A DNA stretch of 20,000 nucleotides from an uncultured virus (IMG/VR IMGVR_UViG_3300024179_000001) (lineage: Duplodnaviria; Heunggongvirae; Uroviricota; Caudoviricetes). The DNA is taken from IMG/VR virus record IMGVR_UViG_3300024179_000001, one strand, 5' to 3'. Under the pieces are notes generated by a model that was given only the letters and a program-made list of their open reading frames with translations, ran no database searches and had not been told where the DNA came from. Positions 7,407-15,772 of the stretch are shown one piece after another. The position numbers were made by a program, and so were the translations under genes. Within the stretch, counting starts at the first letter, position 1. Every line of letters starts with the position of its first letter.

Positions 7407-9272
7407 ATGGCTCTCTCTCTCGATGACATCATCGCAGCTCCGACAGATCCCGATCTCCTGAACCAGCATCTTCAGGGTCTGGGACTTTTGAAGCGGCCAG
7501 AAGAAACGGCGCCCGTGCAGGTTGCGCCGATGTCTACGGTGACGCCGCATTCCGACGTCGCTCCGATGTCACCAGTAAAAACGGAAACAGGAACAGCTGC
7601 ACCGCTGACTGGCCTGAATCGTGAGCTCGCCCTCGGTGCAACTGTTCAACCGAACAAGCCAGTGGCGCACATGGCGGATCTTTCCGGCGGGGCAGATATC
7701 GGCGCTGCCGCAACGCCCGAAGGTGGAGTCAGCGTGAAGCCAATGACTCTTCCGAATCTTACGCACACGGAAAAGATGGCTCTGCCGCAAACTTCTCCCG
7801 GAGTCTCTGACGTGGGCAGCGCGGCCTTCACGCGCAATGAGCTCGAGCGGCTCGAGGAGCAGAAAGCGCATCCGTGGGGAACTCCTGAAAATCATCCGGG
7901 CACTCTCGGGAAGATTGGCCACGTCGCTGGCAAGATCGGAAATATCGCGCTCGATGTTTTGGCGCCTGGTATCGGCGTCAATATTCCGGGAACGGATCTG
8001 AACCGGATGGCGAACGAATCCGAACTGAAGCGTGAGCTCGCTTCGCGCACCGCTGCGGAGGGCCAAGCGAAGAATCTCGCCTCCGAAGAAGAGGCTCGTG
8101 ACGTCACTACCGCGGAGGGCCGTGAACGATTGAAGAAAATGCAGACCGAGCAAAGCCTCGAGAAGGATATCGAAGGCAATATCACCGGATGGAAAGGCCC
8201 TGACGGAAAACTTCACTCGCTCGATGAAGAAGGAACTCCGCAGGCGATCAAGGACATCGCCGCTGAAACGACAGCGAAGCAGACGAAGCCGACGATCGAG
8301 AAGATGGACAACGGCGACATCGTTGCCGTCACTCCGGGAGTCAACGGAGCTCCGGCGAAATCGCAGGTCGTTTATCACGGGGATCCTAAGCTCGAAACCG
8401 AACTCACGCAGCGCACCGTCGGCGGTCAGGAGCACAAGATCCTGATCAACAAGAAAACGGGCGAGGACATCAAGGATCTCGGCGCATTTAAGACCGAGGT
8501 CTCTCCGACGGCAGCGATCAACAAGGAAAAGGCCAACGAGCGAGTTGTTCTGGCCTACGACAAGAACAACAAGGCGCACCTGATGTCGAGGGGTGACGCC
8601 GAAGAAGAAGGAATGCAGCACATCACTGCGGCGCAGTCCGGTGACATCGATAAAGCCAAGACTCACCACGTCGTGCTGAACACGCTGCAGACGCAACTCA
8701 ACAGCGTTGTGAACTCAAGCAAGGCGCTCGATCAGGGATACGCGCAACGCTCGATCATCGCCAGTGCTCTCAGCCATCCGACGAACACGACGGTCGATTC
8801 CTTGATGCGTGCGGCCGTCCTTTCTGGCGCGACGGAAGAAACGAAGAATTATGTGCAGGCGGTGATCGCGCTCCGCGAAGCAGGGCTCGCACTTCCGAAG
8901 GAGATCACGGGTGGATCGCGGATTGCGGAAGTTCAAGCGTCGGCGTTGTGGGCAACGATGCCTTCGGCTGCTTCACTTAACAGCAAGTACGCGCTCAAGC
9001 AGGCCAAGAAGTTTCAGCAGGACATTGATCGTCTGCGCGAACGTGCACCTGACGTTCGGGGAATGAATATCGTGGATCCGGACGACATGATTAAGAGCAA
9101 GGGTGAGGAGAAACAACACACAACTGGTGGTGGTGCCGCTCCAGCTCCTCCCCCGGGTAAAGTGACTGTGAATGATCCTGAAGGCAAACCGCATTTCGTG
9201 AACGAAAACGCTGTCGATGATTTCCTGAAAGATCCGAAGTACAAGGGATGGAAGCGTGGCACAGGACGATAA
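7407..9272 (+). CDS. Putative internal virion / ejection protein (621 aa)
   Basis: Follows an AAGGG SD. Low-complexity P/T/A N-terminus, a Gly-rich segment GTLGKIGHVAGKIGNIALDVLAPGIG, coiled-coil-like stretches, and a C-terminal VTVNDPEGKPHFV motif. The position fits podovirus ejection proteins. Confidence 0.7.
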   Translation: MALSLDDIIAAPTDPDLLNQHLQGLGLLKRPEETAPVQVAPMSTVTPHSDVAPMSPVKTETGTAAPLTGLNRELALGATVQPNKPVAHMADLSGGADIGAAATPEGGVSVKPMTLPNLTHTEKMALPQTSPGVSDVGSAAFTRNELERLEEQKAHPWGTPENHPGTLGKIGHVAGKIGNIALDVLAPGIGVNIPGTDLNRMANESELKRELASRTAAEGQAKNLASEEEARDVTTAEGRERLKKMQTEQSLEKDIEGNITGWKGPDGKLHSLDEEGTPQAIKDIAAETTAKQTKPTIEKMDNGDIVAVTPGVNGAPAKSQVVYHGDPKLETELTQRTVGGQEHKILINKKTGEDIKDLGAFKTEVSPTAAINKEKANERVVLAYDKNNKAHLMSRGDAEEEGMQHITAAQSGDIDKAKTHHVVLNTLQTQLNSVVNSSKALDQGYAQRSIIASALSHPTNTTVDSLMRAAVLSGATEETKNYVQAVIALREAGLALPKEITGGSRIAEVQASALWATMPSAASLNSKYALKQAKKFQQDIDRLRERAPDVRGMNIVDPDDMIKSKGEEKQHTTGGGAAPAPPPGKVTVNDPEGKPHFVNENAVDDFLKDPKYKGWKRGTGR

Positions 9273-12200
9273 GTACGGCCTTGAACCAGCGGATGAAAAG
9301 TATGGCCTGTCTCCCGCAGGCACCGCTGCAGCTACGGCTGAACCTCCGTCCGATGAAGAGATCGAGGCGGCGTACGGCAAAGACGTCTCTCCGAAGATCC
9401 GCGCAGCCGTAAAAAGCGGCGTCGCGAAAATGCAGCCGCCGACGAAGTTCGAGCAAGATCGGCCGCAGATAAAAGAAAATTACGGATTCACTCCCGGCAA
9501 TGTAGCCAAAAATGCAGTGGAAGGCGCGGCTGGCCTCGTGAAGTCAGGCGCCGAGGGCCTCTACGACGTTGGATTCGTACAGGGCAAGGACGAAGAGGGA
9601 AACATCAAGCACGGCGTCGGTGGACTTGTCGGGATCAACGACAAAGGCGAGTTCGCTCCCATGGAGCGCCTCAACGCACTCACGCAGAAATATGTTACGG
9701 ATCCCGCAGTCGCCGAATGGAATAAAGGAAGTGAAGAGGGCGGCTTTGCTGGCATTGGTCACAAAGCGCTGTCGACGATTCCACTGGTCGGCCCATGGGC
9801 CGGAAGCATCGGTGAGCAAGCTGGAACCGGAGACATCGGTGGTGCCACTGGTCAGGTCGCTGGCCAAGTCGCTCTTGGTGAGCTCGCTCATCACGCTCCG
9901 GCGCTCGCCGACAAAGTTGTGCGCGGAACGCCACTCACGGAAGCCGGAAAACTCGCGGCTGCGAAGGAACAGGCGCTGACTGTCAAAAAGCCGACGATGA
10001 CGGAGACGGAATATTCCGCGAAGGTACAGGCTGCGCTTCCGGATCTGCAAAAAGTCGCGCAGGACAATACCGGAAAGATCAAAACGCCGCGCGACGCCGT
10101 CGGCGCTATCAATCGCCGCGTTCAGGAAATGGAAGCGCCAATCGGCGAGCACCTGAAGGGTCTGAACAGGCCAGAAGACATGGTGCACGTCGATCAGTAC
10201 CACGATCAGATCGACAAAGCCATCGACGCGGAGATGGCGAAGCATCCCGGGCAGCTGACGGCCGCAGAAATCGAGAAGGCCAAGACCCAGATCGATAAAT
10301 TTGTCGGCGATCAGCCGAAAACTCTCGAAGAAGTCGAAGGAAACCGCAAGCGGTTGAATCAGGACGCGGAGGATTACTACAAATCGCGGCCAGCCGACAA
10401 GCGCGTGATGGATTCTTCCGACGCAACAGCGATTGCACAGCGTGCGGCGGCGAATGCGATCCGTTCGATCCTCTACGGAGACGACGCGAACCCCGGATTG
10501 CTCGAAAAAGCTGGCGTGACAGCCGTCGATCAGGCTGGGAATCAGGTTCCGCTCCGCGAATTCCGCCAGAAAGTCGGAAACCTTCTCGAAGTGCGCGATC
10601 ACTTCGAGGATGCAATTGTCCGCGCGGAACAAACCGGGAACTGGAAGGCGTTCGACAAGCTGCACAGCGGTCCTTCTTTGGCTGCTGGTGGTCTTGGCGC
10701 CATCGGTGGTCTCGTGGCTGGTGGTCCGCTTGGCGCGCTCTTTGGAACGCTCGCTGGTGAGGGTGTGAAGGCGTGGGGCGACTACCTGCGCTCGAAAAAT
10801 CCGAATCTGAACGTCCAGAAAATGTTCCGGAACCTCGAGGCCACCGGAAAACCGAACACGATCGAGCCCGTGACGCGGGATATCCAGCATCAGTACCAAG
10901 ACGCCATCGGACCACAGACATCGCAGCACGCCGAACCGATTGGACCCGCGCGGCCTCCGGGAAACTTCCAGATGGAAGACCTCCAGCCGAATCAGGACGC
11001 CCTTTGGCAGCAGCAGGTGGGCCAGCCACCGCCGCTCGAGACCGGAGCTCCTTCGCCGGGGCGCCACGTAGAGCCCATAGGACCGCAACCACAGGCCGAA
11101 GCGCCCCTCGGACCCATCCAAGGTCAGCAGATCCCTTTGCACCTCCCCAGCGGCCCGGAAGAGGCTCCTCTGTTCGGTATAGGGCTTCCTGAGTCTCGGA
11201 AGGCACCTGCGGGAGCTCCAGAAGCCCCTGCGGCGCCCCCGGCAGCCGTCGGAGGGCCCGGGCGGGAAGGTACGCTGGGCCGGATCGACATGACGCCCAA
11301 GAGGACGGCAGTCGAGGACCTGAAAGTCGGGGATACGTTCGTCGACGACAAGGGCGATCCGCGCCGGATCACGGATATCACCGAGGACGGCACGGTGAAG
11401 ACCGCCGATCACACGATGCGCGATTACAAGGCCGACGAGATCGAGCACCTCGGCGAGATCAACTCTCCACGGGCGCAGCTGGCGCGCGGCGGCGTGTTCC
11501 ACGCTGGGCCTGAGGAAGACAGGTACGATCTCGGAGAAATTGGCGGCACGGAAACTCCGCGTGGCGAAGAAGTGGCGCCGATGGAGCGCCCGACGGAAGA
11601 GAAGAAAATCGGAGAGCCGGAGAGGAAAGAATTCCTCGACGCCATTAAAAAGCTCGGTGGAGACACTGAGCTCGCGGACGAGCAGTGGCATGAGATGAGC
11701 GAAGAAGAACGCGCTCACGCGCTCGACAGGTATCGTGGCCAGCTCGAAGGGAAGGGACCAAGGACTGAGCCCGTCCAGTCTGTCGAAAAGGCCATCGATG
11801 CGCTAAAGGAACGCGTCAAGGATCGATCACACAAGGGTCAGGAACGCGATTATCAGGTGGCTCCGTCTGGCGAAGTAAATCCGCGCCAACTCTACCAGAC
11901 GACGTTCCTCCTCGACGACGGATCCGCGCTGCAGGGCGACATGGGAATCAAATCGCACATGCAGCTCGCGCGTGAAGTCGGCCAGCATCACTTGAACGAT
12001 GCGAATGCGATCCGCATCGTCACGCCAGATTCGTACGAGCTCCATGGAATGCCGTCCGAAGCGCAGCTCGCGGAAATGAATCGTTACTTCCGTGAGTTGT
12101 CGCGCGCAGATCGGCAGAACGTCCACGACGCCGGCTATGTGTACTGGGATTTCTATCCGAAAGAAGTGACCGGATACTCGGCTGACGCGGTGCACGCGGA

Positions 12201-13335
12201 TCACGCGACTGGAGCTGGATCGTTCTCCGATTTCCGCAGGGCTATCGACGAATATTATTCTCCGACGACAACCGTCAAGGTTTCTCCTGACGGATCCTCG
12301 GTGAAGTTGATGGAGAATCCGCTCAATGTGAAAGGCACCGGAGAGAAGGGGCGCGTCAGCACCGCAGATCTCCTGAAGGCCTTCAATAAGTACACGAAGC
12401 AAACCATCGGCAAGCTGTCGATGGAAAAAGCGGAGCCAGCAGAAATGGTCGAACGCGCAAAATCTCTCGCTGAAGATGAAGCGAAGTATCAGCTCGCACG
12501 GGACAACAGCGGCGCCGCCTGGTACACGAAGCAGATGGACGAGCATGATGCCGTAGCGCAACAGATGCGCCCCGATCTGCGGGATCCCGCGAAGCTGAGT
12601 CTTTTCAAAATGGCCGAGGCGGTTCTTTCCGCAGGCCAGAAGCCGTACGGAAATTTCAAGTCCGCGATGAAGGCGTGGGACGGATACGTGGACACCGGGA
12701 AATTCCCCGAGCGGAATCCGGAGACAGGGAAATCGTGGGGCCCGAGATCCGCTGCAGCTTACGGAAACGCGCTCGGCATGCTCAATAATCTGATCGAAGA
12801 GCATGGCGAGAAAGGCGCATCGGACTGGTTGCTGTCCGAGCATCCAGTCAGTGAGTTGCGGAAATACAACGAAAATGTTTCGGGCAAAATGGATTCGCAA
12901 CGTCCCGGAGTTCTGATCCTCGGCGAGAAGCGTGGACTTTTCGCGCAAAACCTCCACAAGATCGAAAGCGCGTTCACTGCGGACATGTGGGTGGCGCGAA
13001 CTTGGAACCGCTGGATGGGAACTGCGGAGGTCGATCCGAAAACAGGCGAGATCGCAAGCGATGCCCCGCGCAACGACTCCGAACGCGCGCTGATGCGCGA
13101 GACGTTCGACGCGACAGCTGAAAAGCTGGGATTGTCGACGAGCGCCCTGCAGGCCGTGCTCTGGTATTACGAGCAGGCGTTGCACAACGCGCACGGTGTG
13201 CCGAAGGAAAGCTGGAGCTTCTCAGACGCGGCGAAAAGGGCTTCGGACGAAGAGGCGGGAATTGCGACGACGACAAAGAGCGGGAAAGCCGTAAAGCCGA
13301 AAGCTGCTGCTACTTTGTCGCCTGTCCGTCAGTGA
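9256..13335 (+). CDS. Large multidomain (polyvalent) internal virion protein with a C-terminal HhH-GPD DNA glycosylase-like domain
   Basis: 1359 aa, GTG start overlapping the previous gene. Gly-rich hydrophobic segments (e.g. LAAGGLGAIGGLVAGGPLGALFGTLAG), a Pro-rich linker, a small VEDLKVGD beta-barrel-like module, an FLLDDG..SH..AIRI module, and a C-terminal domain with WY...AVLS...GEK...F..NL...TADMW..R...LQAVLW. Confidence 0.75.
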   Translation: MAQDDKYGLEPADEKYGLSPAGTAAATAEPPSDEEIEAAYGKDVSPKIRAAVKSGVAKMQPPTKFEQDRPQIKENYGFTPGNVAKNAVEGAAGLVKSGAEGLYDVGFVQGKDEEGNIKHGVGGLVGINDKGEFAPMERLNALTQKYVTDPAVAEWNKGSEEGGFAGIGHKALSTIPLVGPWAGSIGEQAGTGDIGGATGQVAGQVALGELAHHAPALADKVVRGTPLTEAGKLAAAKEQALTVKKPTMTETEYSAKVQAALPDLQKVAQDNTGKIKTPRDAVGAINRRVQEMEAPIGEHLKGLNRPEDMVHVDQYHDQIDKAIDAEMAKHPGQLTAAEIEKAKTQIDKFVGDQPKTLEEVEGNRKRLNQDAEDYYKSRPADKRVMDSSDATAIAQRAAANAIRSILYGDDANPGLLEKAGVTAVDQAGNQVPLREFRQKVGNLLEVRDHFEDAIVRAEQTGNWKAFDKLHSGPSLAAGGLGAIGGLVAGGPLGALFGTLAGEGVKAWGDYLRSKNPNLNVQKMFRNLEATGKPNTIEPVTRDIQHQYQDAIGPQTSQHAEPIGPARPPGNFQMEDLQPNQDALWQQQVGQPPPLETGAPSPGRHVEPIGPQPQAEAPLGPIQGQQIPLHLPSGPEEAPLFGIGLPESRKAPAGAPEAPAAPPAAVGGPGREGTLGRIDMTPKRTAVEDLKVGDTFVDDKGDPRRITDITEDGTVKTADHTMRDYKADEIEHLGEINSPRAQLARGGVFHAGPEEDRYDLGEIGGTETPRGEEVAPMERPTEEKKIGEPERKEFLDAIKKLGGDTELADEQWHEMSEEERAHALDRYRGQLEGKGPRTEPVQSVEKAIDALKERVKDRSHKGQERDYQVAPSGEVNPRQLYQTTFLLDDGSALQGDMGIKSHMQLAREVGQHHLNDANAIRIVTPDSYELHGMPSEAQLAEMNRYFRELSRADRQNVHDAGYVYWDFYPKEVTGYSADAVHADHATGAGSFSDFRRAIDEYYSPTTTVKVSPDGSSVKLMENPLNVKGTGEKGRVSTADLLKAFNKYTKQTIGKLSMEKAEPAEMVERAKSLAEDEAKYQLARDNSGAAWYTKQMDEHDAVAQQMRPDLRDPAKLSLFKMAEAVLSAGQKPYGNFKSAMKAWDGYVDTGKFPERNPETGKSWGPRSAAAYGNALGMLNNLIEEHGEKGASDWLLSEHPVSELRKYNENVSGKMDSQRPGVLILGEKRGLFAQNLHKIESAFTADMWVARTWNRWMGTAEVDPKTGEIASDAPRNDSERALMRETFDATAEKLGLSTSALQAVLWYYEQALHNAHGVPKESWSFSDAAKRASDEEAGIATTTKSGKAVKPKAAATLSPVRQ
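9265..9318 (+). repeat. Tandem 27-nt coding repeat (DDKYGLEPA / DEKYGLSPA)
   Basis: Two degenerate copies at the N-terminus of the 1359-aa protein, visible in both DNA and protein. Confidence 0.7.
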
Positions 13336-13480
13336 TCTTCTTGAGCTTCGGGACGTAGTCCTTGCGAGCTGCACCCATGGCCTCACTGAACTTTTCTGGC
13401 GTGGGCATCTGTCCGGACTTGATGAGTTGCTGGGCAATATTGCGGAGTTCCGAAGGCGTCAGTTGTTTCTCGTTGTCCAT
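13310..13480 (-). CDS. Small 56-aa helical protein, convergent with and overlapping the end of the polyvalent gene
   Basis: Translated by hand: MDNEKQLTPSELRNIAQQLIKSGQMPTPEKFSEAMGAARKDYVPKLKKITDGQATK*. SD GGAGG (13490-13486) lies 5 nt before ATG 13480, with a TACAAT -10-like hexamer at 13502-13497. Shorter than any ORF in the supplied track. Confidence 0.8.
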   Translation of the reverse strand: MDNEKQLTPSELRNIAQQLIKSGQMPTPEKFSEAMGAARKDYVPKLKKITDGQATK

Positions 13481-13485
13481 GGATT

Positions 13486-13502
13486 CCTCCTGTCGAATTG
13501 TA
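13486..13502 (-). promoter_or_regulatory. -10-like box plus SD for the 56-aa antisense gene
   Basis: The minus strand reads TACAAT-tcgaca-GGAGG-aatcc-ATG. No convincing -35 element. Confidence 0.5.
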
Positions 13503-13514
13503 CTCCGGAAAGTC

Positions 13515-13606
13515 GCGCTGTGCCGATCACTGTTACTGGGTGGCCCTTAGTCGCCGCCGACTTCCGTCAGCGAAGGGTGCCAATGGATCGGGCGTTTCCC
13601 CAGCGC
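13515..13606 (-). ncRNA. Candidate structured RNA or leader (long irregular hairpin with a GGAA tetraloop); family not recognised
   Basis: Nested helices on the minus strand: GCGCTG/CAGCGC, CCGATC/GATCGG, CCCTT/AAGGG and CGCTGAC-GGAA-GTCGGCG. Lies in the largest non-coding gap of the window. Confidence 0.35.
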
Positions 13607-13675
13607 ACGATCATCATCGCATCTTGGGGCTGATCCTCCTATAGTCCACCAGTTTCCCTCGCTGGTACTTTGGTA

Positions 13676-13687
13676 ATGGTATATACT
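13676..13687 (+). promoter_or_regulatory. Putative -10 element for the glycosyltransferase operon
   Basis: AT-rich ATGGTATATACT containing TATACT at 13682-13687, 13 nt before ATG 13701, which has no SD. An overlapping TACCAT occurs on the minus strand (13681-13676). Confidence 0.45.
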
Positions 13688-13700
13688 TTGCCCGTCCCTA

Positions 13701-13898
13701 ATGGCCATTCCCGTCGAGATCACGGTAGAGAAGGCGCTTGACCAGATCGCAGCAAGGAAACGCGTCCCCATCGGGATCCTCTCGTACGACATGGAGAAAG
13801 AGACGCTGGTGATCGAGCTCGTGGGCCAGATCCACCCGGATGAAGTGAACGCCCTCCTCATAAAGCTCGGAATCGAAGCGAACTTCACAGAAAAATGA
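13701..13898 (+). CDS. Hypothetical protein (65 aa), first gene of the GT operon
   Basis: Typical codon usage. Its stop is coupled to the next start through ATGA at 13895-13898. Confidence 0.7.
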   Translation: MAIPVEITVEKALDQIAARKRVPIGILSYDMEKETLVIELVGQIHPDEVNALLIKLGIEANFTEK

Positions 13899-15772
13899 AA
13901 ATTGCAATTGTCACAAACCTGAACGGAATAGGTTTGCAGCGCGACTACGAGCTCCTGCGCGATTTCCTCCAGCGTCTTGGGCACATTGTCGACGGGATCC
14001 AGTGGGACGGTCCAATCGATGAAGAAATTCAAGCATCGATACCGTACGATCTCGCGATCTTCCTTGAGGTGATTCCCCGGAACTTCCTCGAGCTCGCTCC
14101 GGTGAAGTGGGCATTCCTGAATCCGGAGTGGTGCAAGCCGGATGTGATCAAGATGGCCGAGCGGCACATCGACAGGATCTTCGCAAAGACGCACGAAGGC
14201 CAGAGGATCCTCGAGGGGACATTTCCGGGCAAAGTTTTCTATACGGGCTTCCTGACGCGCGATCAATTCACGCCGGCGATAAAACGCCAGAAATGGTTCC
14301 TGCACATCGGGGGAAATTCTTCGATGCGCGGGACACAGGCTGTGGTCGACGCATGGAAATGGAAAAAGGACGGCTTTGAGCTTCAGTGCAAGCTCTTCGT
14401 CGTCTCTTCGGTCTTGCAGGATAAGCCGAATCTTCTAAACGTCACCTACATCGAACGCGCGACGGAAGAAGAGCTCTACAGTCTGCAGAACCAGTGCATG
14501 TTCCATATCTATCCGAGCGGCACCGAGGGCTTCGGTCATGCGCTCCACGAATCGCTGAGTGTCGGCGCTGTCCTACTCGCTACGGATGCGCCGCCGATGA
14601 ATGAAATTAGCAACGCGTACCGGATGAAGGCGAAGAAGGTCGGCAAGTACAATCTTTCGGATGTCTATGAAGTGGACGCTATCGAGATCTTTGAATCGGT
14701 GCAAGCGGTCCTGACCGTCTATGATGGACCGCCCCAGTCGTGGCATTTCCCGCGAAAAGAATTTGAATCGCTGAACGCGGAATTCGCGACGCGATTCGAG
14801 AAGGAACTGCTTGCCATGGAGCCGGGAAAGAAAGCTCCAGTGGTCCGCACCGCGAAAACGAAACCGAGCATCGCGTTTATCGGAAATTTCAAGGCCAGCG
14901 AGAGCACAGAGAACATGATCCGCTGGGCGCTCGAGGAACGTCTCGGCTACGACGTCGAGCAGTTGCAGGAAAACGAAGTGAATCTGGCAGCGATCCGGAG
15001 CGCGTGTCTTTGGAACGACGCTCTCTTGTGGGTGAAGACTCCAAACTGGCTGCAGGTGACGAACCGTGAGATGGAGGAACTGCTCGAGGAGATCAAAATT
15101 CCGTCGTTCTCGATTCACCTCGACAAGTTCTGGGATATCACGGAGAGAGAGCCGCAGATCGGCGTGCATCCTTTCTGGAAGACCGATTTCGTTTTTACGG
15201 CCGACGGATCCGCGCAGGACAGATTCAGGGAACGCGGAGTGAATCACATCTGGATGAAGCCAGCGGTGAGTGAAGTCTACTGCCACCCAGGCTGGACGTG
15301 GGATATGTACCGCTGCGACGTCGGCTTCGTTGGAGCAAAGGACTACCACGCGCAATATCCCTTCAGGAAGCAGCTCGTCGAGTTCCTCGAGAAGACCTAC
15401 AAGGAACGCTTCCAGCACATCACAGGCCTGCGCGGCCACGGCCTGAACGATTTCTATGCGAGCTGCAAGGTTGTCGTCGGTGACTGCATCTTCGCCGGGA
15501 CGGAGAATTATTGGAGTGATCGTCTCCCTGAAACTGTCGGCCGCTACGGCTATCTCCTCCACCCCGATGTCGAGGGAATCGACATCCCTGTGAATGTATA
15601 TGGAGCACAGGAGCTTGATCATCTCCAGAACCGCATCGAGAGTTGCTTGGTTACAAATGAGCGGATCAGGAGAGACTGGATTGAAAATTGCGCGGAACAT
15701 GTACGGAAGTACGATACATGGACAGCGAGAATGCGCTGGATCCTCGAGCAGGTAATGGATGGAGGTTCCTGA
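13895..15772 (+). CDS. Two-module GT-B glycosyltransferase: N-terminal GT4-like domain plus C-terminal CgeB/YkvP-like domain
   Basis: The N-module starts MKIAIVT and has HIYPSGTEGFGHALHESLSVGAVLLATDAPPMNE (the E-x7-E GT4 motif). The C-module starts SIAFIGN and has CDVGFVG...YPFRKQL...LNDFYASCKVVVGD...YWSDRLPETVG...HVRKYDTWTARM. Confidence 0.85.
   Translation: MKIAIVTNLNGIGLQRDYELLRDFLQRLGHIVDGIQWDGPIDEEIQASIPYDLAIFLEVIPRNFLELAPVKWAFLNPEWCKPDVIKMAERHIDRIFAKTHEGQRILEGTFPGKVFYTGFLTRDQFTPAIKRQKWFLHIGGNSSMRGTQAVVDAWKWKKDGFELQCKLFVVSSVLQDKPNLLNVTYIERATEEELYSLQNQCMFHIYPSGTEGFGHALHESLSVGAVLLATDAPPMNEISNAYRMKAKKVGKYNLSDVYEVDAIEIFESVQAVLTVYDGPPQSWHFPRKEFESLNAEFATRFEKELLAMEPGKKAPVVRTAKTKPSIAFIGNFKASESTENMIRWALEERLGYDVEQLQENEVNLAAIRSACLWNDALLWVKTPNWLQVTNREMEELLEEIKIPSFSIHLDKFWDITEREPQIGVHPFWKTDFVFTADGSAQDRFRERGVNHIWMKPAVSEVYCHPGWTWDMYRCDVGFVGAKDYHAQYPFRKQLVEFLEKTYKERFQHITGLRGHGLNDFYASCKVVVGDCIFAGTENYWSDRLPETVGRYGYLLHPDVEGIDIPVNVYGAQELDHLQNRIESCLVTNERIRRDWIENCAEHVRKYDTWTARMRWILEQVMDGGS

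Noticed and set aside
11299..11450. VEDLKVGD resembles an intein/Hint N-terminal block
   Set aside because: There is no Cys/Ser-start block A shortly upstream and no properly placed HN-C/S/T end. A small SH3/KOW-like barrel fits better.
9544..13194. Long minus-strand ORFs (9544-11718, 10109-11206, 11827-13194; likewise 1963-2898, 4207-5235, 7569-8696, 14573-15787, 15966-17090, 16945-17907)
   Set aside because: They lie antisense to well-supported + strand genes and have R/L/V-rich or low-complexity translations with no motifs. Such shadow ORFs are expected with GC-rich codon bias.
13362..13633. + strand ORFs 13362-13550 and 13427-13633
   Set aside because: No SD and atypical composition. 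The minus-strand 56-aa ORF, with its SD and -10 box, explains the region better.
13567..13640. 16-codon minus-strand ORF MMIVRWGNARSIGTLR after AGGAGG
   Set aside because: SD-to-ATG spacing is about 17 nt, and the nearer ATG is followed by a stop after two codons. Unsupported as a gene.
13503..13670. Hammerhead, HDV-like, pistol or SRP RNA in the intergenic region
   Set aside because: Only fragments resemble them (CTAAGGG, a GGAA loop, CCCTCGCTGG). I could not build the required cores or pseudoknots by eye.
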